64,000 bases of DNA from Candidatus Latescibacterota bacterium. Its GTDB lineage: Bacteria; Latescibacterota; UBA2968; UBA8231. Shown piece by piece: positions 41,332 to 49,503 of the stretch (position 1 is the stretch's first letter; each line of letters starts with the position of its first letter). A model generated the notes under the pieces. That model saw only the letters and a program-made list of their open reading frames with translations. It had not been told where the DNA came from and did no database searches. The translations under genes and the position numbers were made by a program. The stretch lies in the NCBI GenBank assembly GCA_965219385.1, contig CBDCNM010000001.1, forward strand, positions 1,042,631 through 1,106,630, in the 5' to 3' direction.

Positions 41332-41436
41332 ATTTCTCTCCGTTCATGCGAAAAAGATAACCGGACTCTGGTCCGAGTCCGAGTCCGCGCCCTGGTTCAA
41401 AGTTTGGCTTTTTCCTCTTCCCGGAGGCCTGCCGTC

Positions 41437-41898
41437 CTAGGCCGAGTCCACCCCCCGGCTCCAGGGCTTTTCGTGGGCCAACAGGATCTCGGGGAAGCGG
41501 TACACCACCATCCCCGACTCGGTGATTTCGATTTCCACAAACCCGCCATCGGCCAGCCGCACGAGGATCTCCTCGGCTTCCTCCATGGTCAGGCCGGTAT
41601 CGGCCGCGGTTTCGGTCGCGGTCAGGCGCCCGCCCCGCTCCTGCCCCAGGCGCACAATGGCGTTTTGCTGGCGCCGGTAGCGCAGCAGCTGGGCAGAGGA
41701 ATCCAGCTTCCGGGCCAGCACCCACAACACCCCTCCCAGAACAACCAGGGCCACCCCCGCCGAGAGCGGGTCTTCCCACTGGCGCTGCTCGAGTTTGCTG
41801 AACAATCCCCACAGCATCAATCCCAGGCCCACCGACACCATGGGCACGGCCCAGACCTTGAGAAACAGCGCGCCGAGCCGCTTCAAGCCGCCTTCCAT
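41437..41898 (-). CDS. Two-TM membrane protein with a C-terminal winged-helix-like domain
   Basis: Two hydrophobic helices followed by GGRLTATETAADTGLTMEEAEEILVRLADGGFVEIEITESGMVVYRFP. Alternative start at 41952. Confidence 0.75.
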   Translation of the reverse strand: MEGGLKRLGALFLKVWAVPMVSVGLGLMLWGLFSKLEQRQWEDPLSAGVALVVLGGVLWVLARKLDSSAQLLRYRRQQNAIVRLGQERGGRLTATETAADTGLTMEEAEEILVRLADGGFVEIEITESGMVVYRFPEILLAHEKPWSRGVDSA

Positions 41899-42025
41899 GT
41901 AATTCCCCGCCTTAATTTTTGCCTCTCTTGTCGCGGTTCGCACGGTGCGCATAGGTTATCTACCCTACTAGGATTGTTGGGTTGTGCGGAAATTGACAGA
42001 AGCCGGTCCCTCTGGACCACGCCGT

Positions 42026-42709
42026 TCACTTCTCAGCTTTGCCCTTTTTCAGCCTGGCCTTGAGAGAAGCCAGTTCGTCCTCCACGCCACGGTTCCCTTC
42101 GAGCTTGCGCATCTCTTTTTCGATATCCTCCATTTCCCCTGATATCTCGGTATGCGCCTCGGCTTCGGCTTCGGACGTCTCGATCTTCTGCTCAAAGCGC
42201 TCAAAGCTGGAAAAGGCATCGTTCCCCAGCCCCGAAATGCTCTGCGCCAGCTTCTTGCGGGCCTCGGCCGCCCGGTGCCGGGCCACCAGGGTCCCCTGGC
42301 GGGTGCGGGCCTCTTCCAGCTTGGTCTTGAGCTCGCGGAGCTGGTCGCGCAGCTGGTCGGCAGTTTGCCGACTCTCACCCAGGGCCGGCTGCAAATCTCG
42401 AGCAGCTTGTTGCAATACGGCCTTGCGCTCCAGGGCGCGGCGGGCCAGATCGTCTTCCCCTGCTTCCACGGCGCGTTCGGCCTTGCCCTGCCACTCCGCC
42501 ACCTGGGCTTCTTTCTCATTGTACTGCCGCTCCAGGCGCTTCTGGTTGGCCACGGCCGTGCCGACCGAAGCTGTTGCCTTGTTTACGGCTTCTTCCATTT
42601 CGCGGACCATCTGCCGGATCATCTTTTCGGGGTCCTCGGCCCGATCCAGGGCTTCGTTGATGTTGGATTTGAGGATGTCCGCCATGCGTGAAAAAGCTCC
42701 CTTGGCCAT
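42026..42709 (-). CDS. pspA: Phage shock protein A (PspA/IM30 family)
   Basis: FSRMADILKSNINEALDRAEDPEKMIRQMVREM, GEDDLARRAL, FERFEQKI and VEDELASLK. ATG at 42709 with AAGGAG. Confidence 0.95.
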   Translation of the reverse strand: MAKGAFSRMADILKSNINEALDRAEDPEKMIRQMVREMEEAVNKATASVGTAVANQKRLERQYNEKEAQVAEWQGKAERAVEAGEDDLARRALERKAVLQQAARDLQPALGESRQTADQLRDQLRELKTKLEEARTRQGTLVARHRAAEARKKLAQSISGLGNDAFSSFERFEQKIETSEAEAEAHTEISGEMEDIEKEMRKLEGNRGVEDELASLKARLKKGKAEK

Positions 42710-42763
42710 GATGCCACTCCTTGTGTGTTTTTTTCTCTGGGTTGCGTACTCGCCAGGAGCCAT

Positions 42764-42779
42764 TGCAAGTCCGGTGCCA
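42764..42779 (-). promoter_or_regulatory. Sigma54 (-24/-12) promoter of the pspA operon
   Basis: TGGCAC-CGGAC-TTGCA on the minus strand, an exact match to TGGCAC-N5-TTGCW. Confidence 0.88.
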
Positions 42780-42865
42780 GGGCGACTCAAATCTTTAAAA
42801 TAGTTCTTATCCCTTTCTGGCTCAAGTAATTATAAATGGCACTGGTGGATTTATCTTTTTTCATT

Positions 42866-42902
42866 TGGCCATTCTCGCCATTTCCGCTGGTGGAACCCGC
42901 CA
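42866..42902. promoter_or_regulatory. Candidate tandem enhancer (UAS) sites
   Basis: Two 15-bp imperfect palindromes, TGGCCATTCTCGCCA and TGGTGGAACCCGCCA, with starts 22 bp apart, about 90-125 bp upstream of the -24 box. Confidence 0.5.
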
Positions 42903-43063
42903 TTCCTGCCAGGGTTCGGGAACCTCGCGGGCCCAGGTCGATCTTTGAGCCGGCAGGTGCCGGATTGGGCTCCGATCGAATATTTAAGATTGAAATCCAC
43001 CCTCTACACCCCTATATTTTCTACACCCCTGTCGCCGCCCCCTTCCCGAAAGGGCCCTGTCGC

Positions 43064-44545
43064 ATGACCCATCCGACCGTTGTTATCGGACTGATAGTAT
43101 ACCTTCTGGTGATGCTGGGCATCGGCCTTTATGCCAGCCGCCGCATCGCCAGCTCGGCCGACTTCATCGTCGCCGGCAAACGGCTGTCCCTCCTGCTGTG
43201 TACCGCCACCCTGGCCGCAACTTGGTTCGGAGGCGGCATCTGCATCGGCGCGGCCAGCGCCGCGTACAAGGGAGGGTTCCTGGCCGTCATCGCCGATCCC
43301 TTTGGGGCGGCCCTGTGCCTGTTCCTGGCCGGCCTGTTCTACGTCCGCATGATGCGCCGCATGGGTCTGATGACCGTGGCCTCGTTTTTCACCAGCCGCT
43401 TCAACCGGCACGTCGGACTCCTGGCCAGCCTGTGTACCATCCCGGCCTATGTGGGCTGGGTGGCTGGACTCATGGTGGCCTTCGGCCGCATCCTCCAATC
43501 CCTGACCGGACTGGATCCGACCACCGGCATCTGCCTGGCCGCCTTCATCGTCCTGCTCTACACCTTTGCCGGCGGTATGTGGGCCGTCACCCTGACCGAC
43601 TTTGTCCAGCTGGTCATCCTGGTCGGGGGCTTGGTTCTCCTCACCCCCATCCTCCTGACCGACATGGGTGGCTGGGCCCAGCTCAGGGCGCAAATCCCGG
43701 ACGAGCGCTTCTACCTTTTTCCGCGGGAGGGGGGCGCCACGGGCTGGTTCGCCTATGCCCGCGACTGGCTGGTGGTGGGTCTGGGCAACCTGGCCGGCCA
43801 GGACCTCATCCAGCGCAGTCTGTCCAGCCGCGATGAAAAGGTGGCCTACCGCGGCGCCTATTTCGCCGGCCTGCTCTACATCTCCGTGGGTCTCCTGCCG
43901 GTGTTTCTGGGCCTGGCCGGGGCCGTGATCCTGCCCGAATTGGCCGACCCCGACCTGATCATGATGGAACTGGCCCTCAAGTACCTGCCCGAAATCGCCC
44001 TGGTGCTGTTCATGGGTGCCCTGCTGTCGGCGCTGCTCAGCAGCGCCGACAGCGCCCTGCTGGCCTCGGCCAGCGTCATTGGCTGGGATTTGCTGCGCTT
44101 TTTCAAGCCCGGGAGCAGGGACCACCACACCCTCTGGCTCACCCGCGCCGCCGTTCTGGTCCTTGGCCTGGCCGCCCTGGTCCTGGCCCTGCACAAAACC
44201 TCGGTCTACGACCTGATCGTGGACTCGTGGTCCGTGCTGCTGGCCACCCTCTTCGTGCCCCTCACCGCCGGGATCTGGTGGTCCCGCGGCAACGGCCCCG
44301 GCGCCCTGGCCGCCATAATCGTCGGCTTCATCTCCTGGCAGGTGCTGCTGGTAGTCACCCCCAACCTGCCGGCCGATCTGCTGGCCGTGCCCTTTGCCGC
44401 CCTGGCCCTGATCCTGGTGAGCCTGGCCACCCGCCAGCGGACCCCGGCCCTGCCCCTGACCAACCAGGCCGGGGAGTCCCTGGCCTATGCCGACCGCCTC
44501 GGCCTGTCCTTTGCACCCCACCCCAAAGCCGACCGCACACCATGA
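43064..44545 (+). CDS. Sodium:solute symporter family protein
   Basis: DFIVAG, ATLAATWFGGG, YTFAGGMWAVTLTDFVQ and SSADSALL; about 13 TM helices. ATG at 43064. Confidence 0.92.
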   Translation: MTHPTVVIGLIVYLLVMLGIGLYASRRIASSADFIVAGKRLSLLLCTATLAATWFGGGICIGAASAAYKGGFLAVIADPFGAALCLFLAGLFYVRMMRRMGLMTVASFFTSRFNRHVGLLASLCTIPAYVGWVAGLMVAFGRILQSLTGLDPTTGICLAAFIVLLYTFAGGMWAVTLTDFVQLVILVGGLVLLTPILLTDMGGWAQLRAQIPDERFYLFPREGGATGWFAYARDWLVVGLGNLAGQDLIQRSLSSRDEKVAYRGAYFAGLLYISVGLLPVFLGLAGAVILPELADPDLIMMELALKYLPEIALVLFMGALLSALLSSADSALLASASVIGWDLLRFFKPGSRDHHTLWLTRAAVLVLGLAALVLALHKTSVYDLIVDSWSVLLATLFVPLTAGIWWSRGNGPGALAAIIVGFISWQVLLVVTPNLPADLLAVPFAALALILVSLATRQRTPALPLTNQAGESLAYADRLGLSFAPHPKADRTP

Positions 44546-45012
44546 AAAAACGCCTTGGCATCATTGCCGATACCCACGATTACTTTGATCCACAAGTCCC
44601 CGACCTGTTCCAGGGGGTGGACTTGATCCTCCACGCCGGTGACGTGGGCGCCCGGGAGATCCTGCACCGGTTGTCCCTGTGGGCCCCGGTCTGTGCCGTG
44701 CGCGGCAATATCGATGTGGGCGCGGCCTGTGATAACCTGCCGGACAGCCTGATGTGTTGCGTGGGGCAGGTGAACATCTTCACGACCCACATCTTCACGC
44801 CGCCTGCGGCCGGACAGCCCGGGGATGATCCGCGCGGAGCCCAGGTCGTAATCTTTGGCCACAGCCACCGGCAACTCCTGAAACGGCACCGCGGGGTGCT
44901 CTATTTCAACCCGGCCAGCGCGGGCCGCAAACGCTTCAAGGAAACCCGTTCAGTGGGTTTGTTGGAAATCCAGGACGGACAGGTGGAAGCACAACACCTG
45001 GGGCTGGGTTAA
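44542..45012 (+). CDS. Metallophosphoesterase, YfcE/MJ0936 family
   Basis: IADTH, HAGD, VRGNID, FGHSH and NPAS. ATG at 44542 overlaps the upstream stop. Confidence 0.9.
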   Translation: MKKRLGIIADTHDYFDPQVPDLFQGVDLILHAGDVGAREILHRLSLWAPVCAVRGNIDVGAACDNLPDSLMCCVGQVNIFTTHIFTPPAAGQPGDDPRGAQVVIFGHSHRQLLKRHRGVLYFNPASAGRKRFKETRSVGLLEIQDGQVEAQHLGLG

Positions 45013-45123
45013 CCCCGATAGCAGAGGCCCGACAACACCATTGCCTTGACAGCCAACCTGGCCTTTTGATTTTATATATGTTCGAAATTAAAACCACCAC
45101 CCTCTAGAGTAAGGAAAAGCACC

Positions 45124-46533
45124 ATGAAAATGCACATCAACGGCAACTGGGTCGACAAAGACGAGAAAATCGATGTCTACAACCCCTTTGACGGTTCCGT
45201 GATCGACACCGTACCCAGAGGCGATGCCCAGGATGTGGATCGAGCCATCTCCTCGGCGGTCCGCGGGGCCCAGATCATGCGTCAGATGCCCGCCTACGAG
45301 CGCTATCAGATCCTGCACAAAGCCTCCGAACTGATGACCGAACGCCTCGAAGACCTGGGCCGCACCATCTCCTCCGAGGAAGGCAAAATCATCAGCGAGG
45401 GCCTGGGTGAAGCGGCGCGGGCCCAGGAGACCATGACCCTGGCGGCCGAAGAAGCCAAGCGGCTCTACGGCGAGACCCTGCCCCTGGACGCCTCCTCCAA
45501 CGGCGCCGGCAAATTTGGTCTCACCTTGCGGGTGCCCTGCGGTGTGGTGGCGGCCATCACCCCATTCAATTTCCCTCTCAACCTGGTCTGCCACAAGGTT
45601 GGTCCGGCTCTGGCCGCCGGCAATGCAGTGGTCATCAAACCCGCTACCGACACCCCGCTTTCGGCCCTGAAGATTACCGAAGTTTTGCTGGATGCCGGGA
45701 TCCCCCCCGAGGCCATCCAGTGCGTCACCGGCTCGGGCGGGGTCATCGGCGACGCCGTCAGTAGCGATCCCCGGGTGCGCAAGATCAGCTTTACCGGCAG
45801 CCGCGATGTGGGCGAACACATCTGCCAGGTCGCCGGTCTCAAGAAGGTGACCATGGAACTGGGGTCCAACGCCCCCCTGATCGTTTTGCCCGACGCCGAT
45901 CTGGAAAAGGTAGCCACCGCTACCGCCGCCACCGGCTTTGCCAACGCCGGCCAGGTCTGCATCTCGGCCCAGCGGGTGCTGGTCAACGGGGAAGTGTACG
46001 GGGACTTTATCGACGCACTCAAACCGAAAGTAGAAGCCCTGGCCACGGGCAATCAGCTCGAAGAGTCGGTCCTCATGGGCCCCATGATCCGCGAGTCGGA
46101 CGCCGAGCGGGTCAACGAGTGGATCCACGAAGCCGTGGACGGCGGCGCCACCCTGGTGACCGGAGGGGATCGCGTGGGTACCATGCACGCCCCGACCGTG
46201 GTGGCGGACGTGGACCCGAAGATGCGGATTTCCAGCCAGGAAGTCTTCGGACCGGCCGTGGCCCTGACCCGCTTCGACTCGGTCGAGGAGGCCATCACCA
46301 TGGCCAACGACACTAACTACGGCCTGAGCGCTGGCCTCTTCACCCAGAATCTCGACTGGGCTCTCAAGTTCGCCCGGGAGGTTCACTCCGGCAATATCAA
46401 TGTCAACTGGGGACCGCAATGGCGGGCCGACCTGATGCCTTACGGCGGCTTCAAAGACAGTGGCATGGGCAAGGAAGGTCCCAAGTACGCCATCGAGGAA
46501 ATGACCGAATTGAAGACGGTCATCTTCCACTAA
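45124..46533 (+). CDS. Aldehyde dehydrogenase family protein
   Basis: ITPFNFP, FTGS, MELG, NAGQVC, EVFGP and PYGGFKDSG. Confidence 0.95.
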   Translation: MKMHINGNWVDKDEKIDVYNPFDGSVIDTVPRGDAQDVDRAISSAVRGAQIMRQMPAYERYQILHKASELMTERLEDLGRTISSEEGKIISEGLGEAARAQETMTLAAEEAKRLYGETLPLDASSNGAGKFGLTLRVPCGVVAAITPFNFPLNLVCHKVGPALAAGNAVVIKPATDTPLSALKITEVLLDAGIPPEAIQCVTGSGGVIGDAVSSDPRVRKISFTGSRDVGEHICQVAGLKKVTMELGSNAPLIVLPDADLEKVATATAATGFANAGQVCISAQRVLVNGEVYGDFIDALKPKVEALATGNQLEESVLMGPMIRESDAERVNEWIHEAVDGGATLVTGGDRVGTMHAPTVVADVDPKMRISSQEVFGPAVALTRFDSVEEAITMANDTNYGLSAGLFTQNLDWALKFAREVHSGNINVNWGPQWRADLMPYGGFKDSGMGKEGPKYAIEEMTELKTVIFH

Positions 46534-46562
46534 GAGTCCATGCGGAAACCATCTTCGCAGAT

Positions 46563-47570
46563 TCAGCTCCAGAAGCGGGCGCAGTGGGTGCGCAGCCACC
46601 TGAGGCTCTCCTGCACCCACTGCTCGGCGTCGTATTGCGGCAGGCTACAGACCTCCACATAATGGTGCAGCCCATCCGGATCGGGGGCCTCTGCCTGCAA
46701 CACCTCCAGGATCCGCTCAACCGGCACCTGCCCCGAGCCGATGGGCGCGTGAAAGAAAGCCGGTTCACCCATCGTGGTGGTGGGTTGGACGTGCATATCT
46801 TTGATGTGCGTCGCGATCGTGTAGGGAGCGACCAGCCGCGCCGCTTCAAGGGAATCCTCCACCACGGCAATCGAGTTGGCAAAGTCAAAGGTGTGGCGCA
46901 GCCATGGAGAGTCTATGGCCTCCAGCACCTGGACGTATTCGGCCACCCGGTAGTCCATGTGAGACTCGTTGGTCAGCACCACCCCTAGCCTTTCGGCTAC
47001 CGGCAACAAGGTCCGGGTATTGTGGATGATCCGCTCGATCTGCTCTTCAACCGGCGGCTCCTTGGTGAAGTGATTGTGGCGGGTGGGTTCGCTGTGCACC
47101 AGGTTGAATGCTTGCGCCCCTGCACAAGCGGCCAACTCCATGGCCCGCACCACCTGGTCGAAATACGTGCCCCCGGTCCAGCCACCGCCCTCCTTGCCCA
47201 GGTTGAACCGCGGCCCCCATGCCAGGCGCCCCCTGGGTGGGCAATGCCCTGCCCCCCATTCCTCGGCAGTAGCCGCCAGATTGGCTTCCCCGCCAGCCAG
47301 GAACACCAACCCGCGTTCCTCTGTTTTGGCTTTGAACCGCTCTGCTCCCTCTTCATCGCCCAACCACCCCGACTCCATATAGACGGACTCCAGCTCGTGA
47401 GCCTCGACCCGGCCCAGGAGCCAGTCGATAGGGTTGTACAGATCCTGGGGTGGCTCCACCGAGGTAAAGTACGGAATCCGGCGCTCTGAGAGGAGAAATT
47501 CAGGGGTATCGTAGCGCAGCCACGGATAACAAACCCAGCGATAACTAGCTTGCGAAAGCCCTAACTTCAC
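46563..47570 (-). CDS. Sugar phosphate isomerase/epimerase (xylose-isomerase-like TIM barrel)
   Basis: ESHMDY, DFAN, HIKD and PIGSG. GTG at 47570 overlaps the upstream TGA. Confidence 0.82.
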   Translation of the reverse strand: MKLGLSQASYRWVCYPWLRYDTPEFLLSERRIPYFTSVEPPQDLYNPIDWLLGRVEAHELESVYMESGWLGDEEGAERFKAKTEERGLVFLAGGEANLAATAEEWGAGHCPPRGRLAWGPRFNLGKEGGGWTGGTYFDQVVRAMELAACAGAQAFNLVHSEPTRHNHFTKEPPVEEQIERIIHNTRTLLPVAERLGVVLTNESHMDYRVAEYVQVLEAIDSPWLRHTFDFANSIAVVEDSLEAARLVAPYTIATHIKDMHVQPTTTMGEPAFFHAPIGSGQVPVERILEVLQAEAPDPDGLHHYVEVCSLPQYDAEQWVQESLRWLRTHCARFWS

Positions 47571-48508
47571 GTCTTTCCCCCCTGGTTGAAATACCTCCCG
47601 CAGGTGGCATGTAACCAGTCTATGCTGCTGCGCATCCACACTTCCGGATCGTGGTCCGGGGGAGGTGCTACCTCCACACACACCGGCAGGTTCGCCGGAT
47701 CCGGGGCCTCGGCCTCTAGCAGGGCCACGATCTCGGCGATGGGGACATCCCCTCTGCCCAGTGGGGCCCAGAAGACCCGCGGTTCGCCGGTCCCGGTGGC
47801 GGGTTGCACCCGCATATCCTTGAGATGGGCATTGACGGAGTAGCGGACGGCCTGGCGCGCCCCCTCCAGCGGATCCTCGACCACCGAGATCGGATTGGCC
47901 GTATCCAGGTTGATGCCGACCCACTCCGACCCCACCCCCTCGATCACCTGGACTATCTCCCCGAGGCGGTAGTCCAGGTGATTTTCAAAAGCCAGCACCA
48001 CCCCGTGCTCTTCACAGGCGGGGACCAGACTGCCGAAGTTGTGGATGGCCCGTTCGATCTGCACCTGGATGGGAGGATTTCGGGTAAAGTGATTGTGGCG
48101 TATCGACTGGCTGTGCACGGCGGCGGCCAGGACTCCCCCGCCTAGTTTAACCCGCTGGATTTGCGCCACGACCCGTTCGAATTCCCCTTCCCACCACTCG
48201 ACTTCGTCTGCCGCCACGTTGAGGCTTACACTGCCAATGTACTGGATGCCGGCTGCGGCCATTTTAGCCTTGAATGAATCGGCCCGCCCGGGATCATCCC
48301 CCCACGTGGCCACCATGTAGAGAGCCTCCAACCCCAGTTCCCCACTCTTGTGGACGAGCCAGTCCTCCACATCCGCGTCGATCCGGGGCGGCGTCACGGT
48401 CTGGATAAAGGGGGGCGGGTAGCCCGCCCTGAAGTGATCCGGCCGGTCCCGCCTGAGATTGGGATAGATGATCCAGCGGTAACACGCCTGCGACATGCCC
48501 AGTTTCAT
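47567..48508 (-). CDS. Sugar phosphate isomerase/epimerase (xylose-isomerase-like TIM barrel)
   Basis: ENHLDY, DTAN, HLKD and PLGRGDV. Confidence 0.85.
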   Translation of the reverse strand: MKLGMSQACYRWIIYPNLRRDRPDHFRAGYPPPFIQTVTPPRIDADVEDWLVHKSGELGLEALYMVATWGDDPGRADSFKAKMAAAGIQYIGSVSLNVAADEVEWWEGEFERVVAQIQRVKLGGGVLAAAVHSQSIRHNHFTRNPPIQVQIERAIHNFGSLVPACEEHGVVLAFENHLDYRLGEIVQVIEGVGSEWVGINLDTANPISVVEDPLEGARQAVRYSVNAHLKDMRVQPATGTGEPRVFWAPLGRGDVPIAEIVALLEAEAPDPANLPVCVEVAPPPDHDPEVWMRSSIDWLHATCGRYFNQGGKT

Positions 48509-48629
48509 TGCCTGTACCCTGATAGATCTATTGCTCCCAGAGCAGCGGCCGCACCTGACCGTTCCATGGATCGAACAGCGGCTTGCTCGCTCGCGCTTGG
48601 GCCGACGCCGGTCATTCTGTTAGGGACTC

Positions 48630-49211
48630 TTATTTGGAAGGCTGATAATAGGGATTTTTGCCATTGGCGTGCTCGGTCACATCGTAGATTTCCGCGATTT
48701 CCGGCACCGCCTCTTTGATCGCCACTTCAATACCCTGCTTCAGGGTGATATCCGCCATGCCGCACCCCTGGCAGCCCCCGTCGAACTGGACGTAGACCAC
48801 ATTGTCCTTGACGTCGATGAGGGAAACAAACCCACCATGACTGGCCACGGCTGGATTAATCTGCTGATCGATGACCTGCTGAACCTTCTCTACTACCGGG
48901 CCCGAGAGGTCGGGAGGAAGCCTGGTGGCTCTTTCGATCTTGAATCCGCTTCCCATAAGTCCATCGACATAGTCTACGGTGGCATCTTCTACATGCGGCA
49001 GACTGGCGGCATCGACGTACACCTCAAACCCAGTAAAATCCAGGACTGCATCTTCGGATGTTTCCTGACCTTTCGCGATAAACGCCATTCTGAAATCGAC
49101 CTTGAGCAGAGAGACCGCCTGTGCTCCGATCCTCAACCCTTTTACCTGGCTTTCGCTTTTGGCGATGAGCTCATTGATTTTTTTTTGCGCACTTTCGGTA
49201 AATTCGAGCAT
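48630..49211 (-). CDS. nfuA: Fe-S biogenesis protein NfuA
   Basis: Degenerate A-type N-terminal domain followed by INPAVASHGG and GGCQGC. Confidence 0.88.
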   Translation of the reverse strand: MLEFTESAQKKINELIAKSESQVKGLRIGAQAVSLLKVDFRMAFIAKGQETSEDAVLDFTGFEVYVDAASLPHVEDATVDYVDGLMGSGFKIERATRLPPDLSGPVVEKVQQVIDQQINPAVASHGGFVSLIDVKDNVVYVQFDGGCQGCGMADITLKQGIEVAIKEAVPEIAEIYDVTEHANGKNPYYQPSK

Positions 49212-49304
49212 CTCTTTCTCCCTCTTGGTAAAGGGGGCCCCGCAGGGGCCTTCCCCTGGAATCTCCTTGAATTAATGTAGTCTTCCACCTCCTGGAGTCA
49301 ATAT

Positions 49305-49493
49305 CAGTACCTCGCGAAATACCCGTATCTATTTGGACCTCAAGGCCGGGAGGGGATGTTGCCGGCAGGGTGGTGGGGGCTGCGAGCGGGCACAGCAGCA
49401 GAGAGGAGAAGCGGGGCAAGAACGCCTTGGGCATCACAAAACGCCAGAGGCACAAACCCCTTAGAAGCCGCCTGCCGATTTCGTGCAGTACTG
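49305..49493. mobile_element. MITE copy 2 (189 bp)
   Basis: CAGTACCTCGCGAAATACCCGTATCTATTTGGACCTCAAGG ... CGCCTTGGGCATCA...AAACGCCAGAGGCACAA ... GATTTCGTGCAGTACTG; homologous to 465-756. Confidence 0.85.
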
Positions 49494-49503
49494 ACCTTCC
49501 TCC

